A DNA stretch of 64,000 nucleotides, taken from the NCBI GenBank assembly GCA_022653695.1, contig JALCSW010000001.1, positions 237,034 through 301,033 on the forward strand, in the 5' to 3' direction. This DNA is from Bacilli bacterium (GTDB lineage Bacteria; Bacillota_I; Bacilli_A; RFN20; CAG-826). Made by a program: the position numbers and the translations under genes. This document shows positions 38,634 to 46,975 of the stretch, piece by piece (the first letter of the stretch is position 1; each line of letters begins with the position of its first letter). Below the pieces are notes generated by a model. That model searched no databases. It had not been told where the DNA came from and saw nothing but the letters and a program-made list of their open reading frames with translations.

Positions 38634-40034
38634 TTAGGACGCAGAGACGCATTCGGATACGGCCGAAGTGAAGGCATCGTCAACGGAAAGGCCGTTTTGA
38701 ACGATATTGGCGAGGATTTCGCCTACGGCCGTTCGAGCCGTCGAAGAGCCGACGAAGACCGGAGAATAGAAATAGCTATCGCGGAGGCCTTGCGTCATCG
38801 TGGCGACTTTGCCGAACGTCGAAGAGGCGTTGTCGTCGAGCCAATTCGCGTATTCCTGACTTTCGAAGGAGGAAACGCGGACCGGGTCGTAACCGGTTGA
38901 GGCCGTCGCGAAGTAAACGCTGTTGACGTAGCGCGTCGCGAACTTGTAGAAAAGCCAAGCGCCGTACTTATCGGCCCAGGCGCCGCGATTGAAGAAGCAA
39001 AGAGATGGTCCTTGCTGAATGACCTTGAGATCGTGGTTGGCCCAGTGCGGGACGCGGGCGACCTCGGAATCGAAATTGTCGGTCGTCGCGTAACTGGTGC
39101 CGCCGGTCGAGCCGACGAACATGATGGTGGAACCCTCGATATACTTCGTCGAGGCGTAAGCGCCGTTGGCAGTCGTGGCCTTCGTCACGAAATAGCCATC
39201 GTTGTAGTACTCGACCAGTTTGTTCATGAAGGCTTTGGCTTCCGGGTTGTTGAATAGATAGTGGTCGCCCGTGCTGGACGTGTAAGGGATTCCGAGCTGC
39301 TCGCAGCTGCTGATGAAGAAGTTGGAGTCGGCGTCGTATCCTAGCGGCATCTTGTCGGGGGCGATTTCCTTGATGCGGGCGCACAAGGACCACATCTCCT
39401 CCCAGGTTTCCGGGACGCTTAACCCATAGGCGTCGAAGAAGGTTTTGTTGTAGAAGAGGGCTTCGGTCGACTTGCAGAAAGGAACGCTGTAAGTCCCTTC
39501 TTTTTGGTAGGCCGTGCCTTCGTCCCAATATTCCTTGACGTAGTCGTCCACGCCGTAAACGGATTTCCCGTCCTCGTCGTGGCAGCCTTCGACGGCTTTG
39601 TCGGCCTCTTGAAAACCAAGGGTTGGGTCAGCGACGAAACCGGAGACATCCATGACGGCATTGGCATCGAGGTAGTTGGCGACGTGATCCGGGTAGCAAT
39701 AGGCCACCGTCGGCGTGGTGCCGGCCGGGATCGCGTTGTTGATTTTCGTCTCGATATCCGAATAGCCGCCCTGCTGGGTAATGTTGATCTTAATGTCGGG
39801 GTATATCTTGTTGAAAGCCGTGACGAGGGTGTCGAGGGCGTCCCCGTTGTTCTTGCCGTTGATCGTCCAGAAAGTGACGGTCGCCTTAAGGGCGGCCGGA
39901 TCGCCATAGGCGGCCGTATCGTAATCGCGATAGGCCGTGTCCGCCGGCGATGAGGATGTGTTTTGGCAAGCGCAAAGGGAAGCGGTCGTCAATAAGCCCA
40001 AAACAAGGTATTTGTTGATTTTCCGCGTTTTCAT
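38634..40034 (-). CDS. ABC transporter substrate-binding lipoprotein (family 1, sugar-type), 466 aa
   Basis: Starts MKTRKINKYLVLGLLTTASLCACQ (lipobox). It is a paralogue of the upstream SBP with shared blocks (AxxPTVAYCYPDHVA, TGGTSY, VIQQGPSLCFF). The ORF-track extension to 40424 overlaps the neighbouring gene and was rejected. Confidence 0.8.
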   Translation of the reverse strand: MKTRKINKYLVLGLLTTASLCACQNTSSSPADTAYRDYDTAAYGDPAALKATVTFWTINGKNNGDALDTLVTAFNKIYPDIKINITQQGGYSDIETKINNAIPAGTTPTVAYCYPDHVANYLDANAVMDVSGFVADPTLGFQEADKAVEGCHDEDGKSVYGVDDYVKEYWDEGTAYQKEGTYSVPFCKSTEALFYNKTFFDAYGLSVPETWEEMWSLCARIKEIAPDKMPLGYDADSNFFISSCEQLGIPYTSSTGDHYLFNNPEAKAFMNKLVEYYNDGYFVTKATTANGAYASTKYIEGSTIMFVGSTGGTSYATTDNFDSEVARVPHWANHDLKVIQQGPSLCFFNRGAWADKYGAWLFYKFATRYVNSVYFATASTGYDPVRVSSFESQEYANWLDDNASSTFGKVATMTQGLRDSYFYSPVFVGSSTARTAVGEILANIVQNGLSVDDAFTSAVSECVSAS

Positions 40035-40039
40035 TTGGT

Positions 40040-41482
40040 TCAGTCCGTGATCAACGCGCAAGCGCCCATGGCGTCTTGGAAAGCCGTATCGACATCCTTG
40101 GTTCCAAGCATGACGCTCGAGAAGAGGCCGCCGACTTCGGTGCGGGCAGTCGAGCTGCCTTTGAAAGCCGGAGAGGTGTAGAAAGCGGTCTGATAGTGAT
40201 TCTGAACATAGGTCTCGGCCGTCGCGATGAGACCATCCTGTCCGCCGGCGCCGGTCGAGTTCTCGATCCACTGCTTCCAATAATCGGTATCGTAGGAGCT
40301 GGCGCGAACCGGCGAGTAACCCGTGAGGGAAGCGAGGTTGGCGCTGTTGACGGAATTGGTGATGAATTTGTAGAAGAGCCAAGCGGCCTGCTTTTGGGCG
40401 GTCGTGGCGCGTTTGAAGATACAAACCGAAGGCCCTTGCTGAATGACTTTCGGGGACTCGGTATCAACCTGCGGGATGCCGGCGACGCCAATGTCGAAAT
40501 CATCGGTGTAGTTGTAACTGGTGCCACCGGTCGAACCAACGGTCATGAAGAGCGACTGGGCCGTGAATTGGGTCGAGGTGTAGGAACTGTTGGCGGAGGT
40601 TCCTTTGGTCGTGAAGTAACCGGCGTCGAATTTGCTCTTAAAATCCCTGATGAAGGCTTTGGCCTGGTCATTGTTGAAAAGGTAGTGCGGATTGCTGACG
40701 CTGGTGTAAGGGATGCCGGCCTGCTGAAGGTAAGTGATGAAAAGGTTGTCGTCGCTGTCGTAGCCTAGCGGCGTGACGTCGGGAAAATCGCCCGAGTCCT
40801 TGATCTCCTTGCACAGATTCCACATTTCGTCCCACGTCGTCGGGACTTGCCATCCTTTGGCGTCAAAAACCGTCTTGTTGTAGAACATGACTTCGGTCGA
40901 CTTGCTGTAAGGCATGCTGTAAACGCCGGGATTGGCGTACTCGATGCCTTCGTCGATATAAGAGGAGACGAAGTCCTCTTTGCCGCCGGCTTGGGTGAGA
41001 TCGTCAACGCCCAAACCGATCGTCGGATCGGCGACATAGCCGGCGAGGTTCTCGACGGCGCCGGCCGAAAGATAGGAGGCGACATGGTCCGGATAGCAAA
41101 TGGCCATGGTCGGCGCGGTGCCGGCCGGAATGGCGTTGGAAATGTCGGTGTAGATGCCGGTATAGGAATTGTGGTTCACCAAATTGACGGTGATGTTGGG
41201 GTAGCGCTTGTGAAATTCGGTGGCCATCGCGGTCGCGAACGTGGCGTTGGGCGAAGTGCCGCCGCCGAACGTCTCCCAGAAATCGATCGTCGCGGTGATG
41301 TCTTGCTCATCGCCCGTGAAGGCGACGTAATCGGAGGGGACCTCAAAGGGGTCGGTTTTGCTGCTGCTGGCAGCGCCACTGCTGGCAGCGCCACTGCTGG
41401 CGGCGCTGTTCGTGTTGGAGCAGGCGGCTAGCATGGACAGAAGCATGACGGATGCGGGAAGAATCTTTTTCAGCTTGTTCAT
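40040..41482 (-). CDS. ABC transporter substrate-binding lipoprotein (family 1, sugar-type), 480 aa
   Basis: Starts MNKLKKILPASVMLLSMLAACS (lipobox) and has a Ser/Gly/Ala linker. Conserved blocks are shared with the 38634..40034 product. Confidence 0.8.
   Translation of the reverse strand: MNKLKKILPASVMLLSMLAACSNTNSAASSGAASSGAASSSKTDPFEVPSDYVAFTGDEQDITATIDFWETFGGGTSPNATFATAMATEFHKRYPNITVNLVNHNSYTGIYTDISNAIPAGTAPTMAICYPDHVASYLSAGAVENLAGYVADPTIGLGVDDLTQAGGKEDFVSSYIDEGIEYANPGVYSMPYSKSTEVMFYNKTVFDAKGWQVPTTWDEMWNLCKEIKDSGDFPDVTPLGYDSDDNLFITYLQQAGIPYTSVSNPHYLFNNDQAKAFIRDFKSKFDAGYFTTKGTSANSSYTSTQFTAQSLFMTVGSTGGTSYNYTDDFDIGVAGIPQVDTESPKVIQQGPSVCIFKRATTAQKQAAWLFYKFITNSVNSANLASLTGYSPVRASSYDTDYWKQWIENSTGAGGQDGLIATAETYVQNHYQTAFYTSPAFKGSSTARTEVGGLFSSVMLGTKDVDTAFQDAMGACALITD
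41366..41407. repeat. 15-bp tandem repeat (about 2.8 copies) inside the SBP linker
   Basis: GCTGGCAGCGCCACT occurs twice, followed by GCTGGCGGCGCT. It encodes the ASSGAASSGAASS linker right after the lipobox. Confidence 0.8.
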
Positions 41483-41575
41483 TTTTGAACACTCCTTTCA
41501 GCTAATTATTGAAGCCCGTCGGTAGCGATCGGGCGATCAACCGAACGAAAGACGGATCGACTCGTCTATAAACGA

Positions 41576-42574
41576 TCAGCCTTTGATGCCGGCGCGGCCA
41601 ACGCCCTTCATGATGTACTTGCGGAAGAAGATGAACAAAAGCAGCAATGGGACCGTAACGAGGACGGTGGCGGCCATTTGAAGGCCATATTCCGGTTCGC
41701 CCGAAGTCGAGGTGAAAGAGGAACGAAGACCGTTGGTGATAAGCCTCCACTCCTGCTTGCTGGCGACTAGGTTCGGCCACACGTAAGAATTCCAGGAACC
41801 CATGAGCTTGAGGATGAAAATGGAGATGATGGTCGGCGAGGCGAGGGGGACCATGACCTGCCAAAGGAAACTCCAGTCGCTCTTGCCATCGACTTTGGCG
41901 GCCAAATACAGTTCATTTGGAATCTGCTTGAAGTTCTGACGAAGCAGATAGATATAGAAGACGCTTACCCAAAAGGGGACGATCATGGACGTGAAGACGC
42001 CGACCACGTTGCCAAGCCAACCGAAGTTGGCGACCGTGATGTAATTGGTGATGACCATCATTTCGCCCGGGATCATCATCGTGGCGAGAAGGACGGCGAA
42101 GAGGAAATCGCGGCCTTTGAATTCCAAGCGCGCGAAGGCGAAGGCGGCGAAGATCGTGGTGATGATGGTGCCGAGGGTGCTGATGATGCCGACGATCAGG
42201 GTGTTGCGGAGATAAGTTACGAAGTCAAAGGACTGGAAAACCTTGACGTAGTTGCTCCAAAGGACGGCCTCCGGGAAGAAAGTTTGCTGGGTGGCGCGGA
42301 TCTCGGTCGTGCTCTTGAGCGAGGTGATGATCATCCAGTAGAACGGGAAGATGACGATAAGGGCCATGAAAATCAAAAACGCGTAAACGAGAACCAGCGA
42401 CAGGATCTTGCCCGTTTTTTGGGCTTTCTCGAGCGCCGCGACGTTGGCGTTCCCCTCGCGGATGACCAAAGTCATCGATTTCGTGTCGATGGCAGCGTAC
42501 TCGGGGCTCTTACGATGCCTCTCGTAAGCTATTTCCCTGCGCGAGGGTTTGTAAGCTTTCTCTTTTTTTGCCAT
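41576..42574 (-). CDS. ABC transporter permease (MalG/UgpE-like), 332 aa
   Basis: Six-TM-type hydrophobic profile with the EAA-like loop YLAAKVDGKSDWSFLWQVMVPLASP. Confidence 0.85.
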   Translation of the reverse strand: MAKKEKAYKPSRREIAYERHRKSPEYAAIDTKSMTLVIREGNANVAALEKAQKTGKILSLVLVYAFLIFMALIVIFPFYWMIITSLKSTTEIRATQQTFFPEAVLWSNYVKVFQSFDFVTYLRNTLIVGIISTLGTIITTIFAAFAFARLEFKGRDFLFAVLLATMMIPGEMMVITNYITVANFGWLGNVVGVFTSMIVPFWVSVFYIYLLRQNFKQIPNELYLAAKVDGKSDWSFLWQVMVPLASPTIISIFILKLMGSWNSYVWPNLVASKQEWRLITNGLRSSFTSTSGEPEYGLQMAATVLVTVPLLLLFIFFRKYIMKGVGRAGIKG

Positions 42575-42575
42575 A

Positions 42576-43493
42576 TCAATAATAAACCCTCTTCTTTGAG
42601 ACCCAGAACTGCAAAGCGGTGAACGCCAGGATGACCAAGAACAAGAGGACGGCGGCGGCCGATCCGTATTGGACCTGGTTGTTGCCGATGGTGTCGTAAA
42701 TGTAATAGACGACGGTGTACATGTTCTTGCTTCCCGCCGAAGTCCCCTGACGGCCGATCAAACCGACGACGGCCGTGTATTCCTTGAACGCGCCGATGAA
42801 TGAGGTGATGAGGACGTATAGGATCTGCGGGGATAAGAGCGGAACCGTTATTTTCATCAAAGTCCGCCACTTGCCGGCGCAGTCGATTTTGGCGGCGTCG
42901 TAGTACTGCTTGTCGATGCCGGCGAGGCCGCTCAGGAAAATAAGGATTTTGAACGGCAACGCATGCCAGATGATATAGACGCACAATGCGAACATGGCTC
43001 GGGTTTGGCTGGCACCCAAATCGATCCACGGGGTGCCCGTCTGGCCGATGATGTAGTTGATAATGCCTTCGTAATCGAAAAGGACGGCGAAGACCATGCC
43101 GACGGCGATGGCGTTGGTGACATAGGGAACGAAGAAAATGGTCTGCATGACCTTCTTGAACCACGGGATGGCGTTGAGGCCAACCGATATGAGCAAAGCG
43201 ATAATGGTCGAAAGCGGGACCGTCACGAAGACGATGATAAGGGTGTTGGGGATAGCGTATTTTATGACATCGGTCATGTAATACGTCGTCCCTTGGTACT
43301 CCGTCCCGACGAGCCCGAGGACCATGCCGAAGTTATCGAAGGTGAACCCGTCGCTCGTTTGGGTCAGATAGTTGTAGTTCTTCAGGAAAGCGATGCCGAT
43401 CGTGCTGATAAGCGGATAAAAAGTGAACACCGCCATCAAAATGATGATCGGAGCCAAATATAACCATGCTTTCCAGTTGTTTTTCTTGATCAT
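42576..43493 (-). CDS. ABC transporter permease (MalF/UgpA-like), 305 aa
   Basis: Start chosen at MIKKNNWKAWLYLAPIIIL, 2 nt after the ATPase stop, with AAGAGGAAAAG upstream. EAA-like loop YYDAAKIDCAGKWRTLMKITVPLLSP. Confidence 0.85.
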   Translation of the reverse strand: MIKKNNWKAWLYLAPIIILMAVFTFYPLISTIGIAFLKNYNYLTQTSDGFTFDNFGMVLGLVGTEYQGTTYYMTDVIKYAIPNTLIIVFVTVPLSTIIALLISVGLNAIPWFKKVMQTIFFVPYVTNAIAVGMVFAVLFDYEGIINYIIGQTGTPWIDLGASQTRAMFALCVYIIWHALPFKILIFLSGLAGIDKQYYDAAKIDCAGKWRTLMKITVPLLSPQILYVLITSFIGAFKEYTAVVGLIGRQGTSAGSKNMYTVVYYIYDTIGNNQVQYGSAAAVLLFLVILAFTALQFWVSKKRVYY

Positions 43494-43495
43494 GG

Positions 43496-44653
43496 TTAAA
43501 TAAGCTTTTCCTCTTTGCCCTCTTTGGAGAAAGCGAAGCACTTATGCGGTTTGACGGAGACTCTGACATCGCCCACGCCGACTTTCTCGAAAGCGTCGAT
43601 GACGAACTTCTCCGGGCGCAGTTCGTCCGGGTTGCTGGCCACGAGCATGATGTCGCGGCCCATGGTCAGGATGCGCTCCACGTGAAGAGTGAGAGGCCCT
43701 TCCGGATCGATGACGATGCCCTCGGGCCGGATCCCGACCGTGACGTCCTGATTCGGAATCTTCTTCTCGGTGATTTCGCGAACCATGGCTTTGCCGATAT
43801 AAATCTTGTTGCCTTTGACGCGACCCTTATAGAAATTGATCGGAGGGGTGCCAAGGAAATTGGCCACGAACCGATTGTCCGGCTCGTTGTAGACATCCTG
43901 AGGGAGGCCGATCTGCTGTTTGACGCCGAGTTTCATGACGACGAGGCTATCTGAAATCGACATGGCTTCCTCTTGGTCGTGGGTAACGAAGATCGTGGTG
44001 ATGCCGGTCTCCTGCTGAATGCGGCGGATTTCCTCGCGGGTCTGCAAGCGAAGGCGGGCATCCAAGTTGGATAAGGGCTCATCAAGGAGCAAAACGCGCG
44101 GATGCTTGACGAGGGCGCGGGCGATGGCGACGCGTTGCTGCTGGCCGCCGGAAAGTTGCGAGGGTTTGCGCCAAAGATATTCTTCGATTTGAACGATTTT
44201 CGCGGTCTCATGGACCAATTTGTCGATTTCGTCTTTGGAAAGATGGCGCTTGCTGATAAGGGGCTTGCCATCCGGCCCGAGGACTTCTTTTCCGTCTTTG
44301 TCGAGGATTTTTTCCTCGATGCGAAGGTTCGTGAGCGGGAAAGCGACGTTCTTATAGACCGTCATGTGCGGATAAAGGGCATAGTTTTGGAAAACCAAGC
44401 CAATGCCGCGTTTTTCCGGGGCAAGGGCGGTGACGTCCTCGTCGCCGAACCAAATCTCGCCAGATGTCGGTTCGAGTAAGCCGGCGATCATGTATAGGGT
44501 CGTGGATTTGCCGCAGCCCGAAGGTCCTAGCAACGCGAAAAGCTTTCCATCCGGGACGGTCAGATTCATGTCTTCGACGGCATGCGTGTCAGGGATGTTC
44601 TTTTTCGGGTTGCCGGGGAAAGTCTTGGTCAGATGCTTAAGCCTGATTTCCAT
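43496..44653 (-). CDS. ABC transporter ATP-binding protein (MalK/UgpC-like) with an internal insertion, 385 aa
   Basis: Walker [10 protein letters not shown], signature [15 protein letters not shown], Walker [13 protein letters not shown] and a C-terminal regulatory domain. There is an extra segment of about 20 aa ([25 protein letters not shown]) before the signature motif. Confidence 0.9.
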   Translation of the reverse strand: MEIRLKHLTKTFPGNPKKNIPDTHAVEDMNLTVPDGKLFALLGPSGCGKSTTLYMIAGLLEPTSGEIWFGDEDVTALAPEKRGIGLVFQNYALYPHMTVYKNVAFPLTNLRIEEKILDKDGKEVLGPDGKPLISKRHLSKDEIDKLVHETAKIVQIEEYLWRKPSQLSGGQQQRVAIARALVKHPRVLLLDEPLSNLDARLRLQTREEIRRIQQETGITTIFVTHDQEEAMSISDSLVVMKLGVKQQIGLPQDVYNEPDNRFVANFLGTPPINFYKGRVKGNKIYIGKAMVREITEKKIPNQDVTVGIRPEGIVIDPEGPLTLHVERILTMGRDIMLVASNPDELRPEKFVIDAFEKVGVGDVRVSVKPHKCFAFSKEGKEEKLI

Positions 44654-44682
44654 GTTTTTCTCCTGAATTAGAACACATTGCT

Positions 44683-44757
44683 ATTCTACGCAACGGGCTA
44701 CCTTCTTACAAGGTAAGACACTATAAAATACACCGATTGGTTTCCTTGTGGTAGCCC
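44683..44757 (-). promoter_or_regulatory. Candidate promoter of the ABC/nuclease operon plus a long-range inverted repeat
   Basis: The minus strand reads TTGTAA (44711-44706), a 17-nt spacer, then TAGAAT (44688-44683). The inverted repeat GGGCTACC..ACAAGG (44695-44713) / CCTTGTGGTAGCCC (44744-44757) brackets the -35. Confidence 0.5.
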
Positions 44758-44796
44758 TTTCTTTGACATTTCAAAGCGCTTACTTCGCCAATGAAC

Positions 44797-45843
44797 CTAT
44801 TTTTCGGTCAATTTCGTGGTGTCTTTGAGGGTCATCGAATTCAGTTTTTCATTGCGCTTTTGGTACTCGTCAAAGGAAAAATAAACCGTGTCGTCGGAGG
44901 AATCGATCACGTAGACCCCAGTGACATAGTCATGGAACGATTGCCCGTCCCGCCGCTTCATCATCATCGTGAAAGAAACGAGGATCGGCACTCCGAAAGC
45001 GGCCGAGCCAAGAACGAATTCGACGAAGAAAAGAAGAAGCGAGCGGGCCCAGAATTGGCCGGCGGAAGGGTTCACCGCCTTAGCGTTGATGAGCGACAGT
45101 TTGAAGACTTTCTTGCCAAAGGTCTGCCACCCCCGTCTAAAGAAAAGGGGAACGAGGCAATAGAAGATGAAAAGCGAGAGGAGCGAAAGGAGGTAAACAA
45201 GCGAGAACGTGCTCCAAAAAACGAGGCGGGAGGCGTCGATGTACTCCGGGCGTTGGGTGCCGATCAAGGGGATTGCGTGGTTGTCGATCGCTTCCTCGTA
45301 AAAGGAAACGAGAGCCTCGTAGCCGACAGTCGGCTCAAGGCTCGTGGAGCCTTCGCTCCCGGCGACGTAATGCCAGTAAGGGCCTTTGTTTCCCCCCCGT
45401 TCGATCGCCCCGTCCCCCACTTTGAGGGATAGATACTTTTGTTCGCCCGTCCCCTCGGCGAAGAAATCGGGGTTGCCATAGAATTCGCTAAGGCATCGCT
45501 CGTAATCGGCGTCGAGGGCCTTATATTCGCCCTCCTCATGGCTTTTTGAACCGTCGAGGGCCCAAGCCGTAGTGACCGAAACGATGGAGGAACCGCTCTT
45601 GAGGTAAAGGGAACTCGCGAGTTCGATTTCCCCCATCGTGTCCTGGGCCGCAAGGTAAGAGGGGCTCTTCCCCAGGATGGCGTTCCCTCCGGCGCTCAGG
45701 CACGTGGCGAGGACCGCCGCGCAAACGAAATCGAAAAGAAAGGCGAAAAGCCGCTTGACCCAACTTGCCTTCTTATATTCGAGCTCGATGGGCTTCGGCT
45801 CGGCGGGGGCGGCCTCAGTTCGCCGCGCCGCTTCCGTTTCCAT
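44797..45843 (-). CDS. RDD-family membrane protein with a large insertion (paralogue 3), 348 aa
   Basis: Start METEAARR with GGAGG 6 nt upstream, overlapping the upstream gene by 29 nt. RDD-type N-terminus WVKRLFAFLFDFVCAAVL and C-terminus RRGWQTFGKKVFKLSL...SFHDYVTGVYVID. Confidence 0.7.
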   Translation of the reverse strand: METEAARRTEAAPAEPKPIELEYKKASWVKRLFAFLFDFVCAAVLATCLSAGGNAILGKSPSYLAAQDTMGEIELASSLYLKSGSSIVSVTTAWALDGSKSHEEGEYKALDADYERCLSEFYGNPDFFAEGTGEQKYLSLKVGDGAIERGGNKGPYWHYVAGSEGSTSLEPTVGYEALVSFYEEAIDNHAIPLIGTQRPEYIDASRLVFWSTFSLVYLLSLLSLFIFYCLVPLFFRRGWQTFGKKVFKLSLINAKAVNPSAGQFWARSLLLFFVEFVLGSAAFGVPILVSFTMMMKRRDGQSFHDYVTGVYVIDSSDDTVYFSFDEYQKRNEKLNSMTLKDTTKLTEK

Positions 45844-46975
45844 CGGGGGCCTCCATATCGCCGTCTTGAGCCTCGGCGGCCTCCTGGCGCGCCTCGATAA
45901 ACGCGTCAAGGCTCTCTTTCTCCACCACCGTCGTGAACGTGGCAAGGTCATGCAGGCTCTTTTTCCGTTTGGTGAAAAGGGCCAAAAAACCCGAAGTCAC
46001 GACGATAAGCAGCGAACTTAGGCACAAGGTGAACATGTTGAAGGTCCAAACCCCCGAACCGACGAAGGGCAGGGATATGGCGTTGGTCTGAATGAAAAAG
46101 AAGGGCGCGAAAAGAGTCAAGAACGCAAACTCCAAAGTCTCGATAAGGCCTCGGGAGACGGTTTGCCAAACACTGAGATCGCCACTATCGGAAACCACGA
46201 CCAGCTTAAGCCCCCGTTTGGCGATGGTTTGCCCATTATGGTTGAGCAAAGGGATCGCGACGTAGCAAATCAAGGCCGCGATGCCATAGCTCACCAAACT
46301 ACCCCAGGCCGCCGCGTGGGCGATGCGCTCATTGAGGGAAAGGTGCTCTTGATAGAGAGGCTTATACGCCTCGCTGTTTCCGAATTCGAGCCAGACTTTC
46401 CGATACGTCAAGGAGAAGGCTGAGGAAGCGGAGTTATAGGCTCCTTCGGCCTCATTCCCGAGGTCGGTGCCATCAAGGTAACCGCGAACGAGCTCTTTAT
46501 AGGCGGGCTTGAAGGAAACCCCCGCGTCGACTTTCGCGAAAAGATAAGCGTAGGAGGAAGAAGAGCCATCCTCGGCGTCCCCGTAATCATCGCGAAGCAT
46601 AAGATTCTGATAATCCCCCGCGACCCCCTCCTTATACACGACCGTGTAGTAACGGAGGCAATCGCGCTCCGGGTAATAAACCTCGGCCGCCATGACGCTC
46701 AGCCAACTCTCCCCCATCGTTTTCGCCTCGCTGTCGCTAGGGGCGACGGCGTCCTTCGCCTCAAGCAAATGGGTAGGGGATACCGCATTCACTAAAGAAA
46801 CGTCAACGGAAGATAGTTCCTTGGCCGTCGAGTAGTAGCCGAACATCGGCGCCCCGGCCGACGCGAAAAGGACCATCGCCATCATGGCGGTAATGACCGC
46901 ATCGATGAAAAAAGCCCCGAATCTTCGGCCGTTATTAGTCCCAATAGCCAAATTCGGCTGTCGTTTGATTTCCAT
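45815..46975 (-). CDS. RDD-family membrane protein with a large insertion (paralogue 2), 386 aa
   Basis: N-terminus GRRFGAFFIDAVITAMMAMVLF. C-terminus NGQTIAKRGLKLVVV...SLHDLATFTTVV. The ATG overlaps the upstream stop (TAATG). Confidence 0.75.
   Translation of the reverse strand: MEIKRQPNLAIGTNNGRRFGAFFIDAVITAMMAMVLFASAGAPMFGYYSTAKELSSVDVSLVNAVSPTHLLEAKDAVAPSDSEAKTMGESWLSVMAAEVYYPERDCLRYYTVVYKEGVAGDYQNLMLRDDYGDAEDGSSSSYAYLFAKVDAGVSFKPAYKELVRGYLDGTDLGNEAEGAYNSASSAFSLTYRKVWLEFGNSEAYKPLYQEHLSLNERIAHAAAWGSLVSYGIAALICYVAIPLLNHNGQTIAKRGLKLVVVSDSGDLSVWQTVSRGLIETLEFAFLTLFAPFFFIQTNAISLPFVGSGVWTFNMFTLCLSSLLIVVTSGFLALFTKRKKSLHDLATFTTVVEKESLDAFIEARQEAAEAQDGDMEAPDGNGSGAAN

Noticed and set aside
41366-41407. 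Tandem repeat considered as a possible CRISPR or minisatellite array
   Set aside because: There are only about 2.8 contiguous 15-bp units with no spacers, lying inside a coding linker. I saw no CRISPR-like repeat-spacer structure anywhere in the window.
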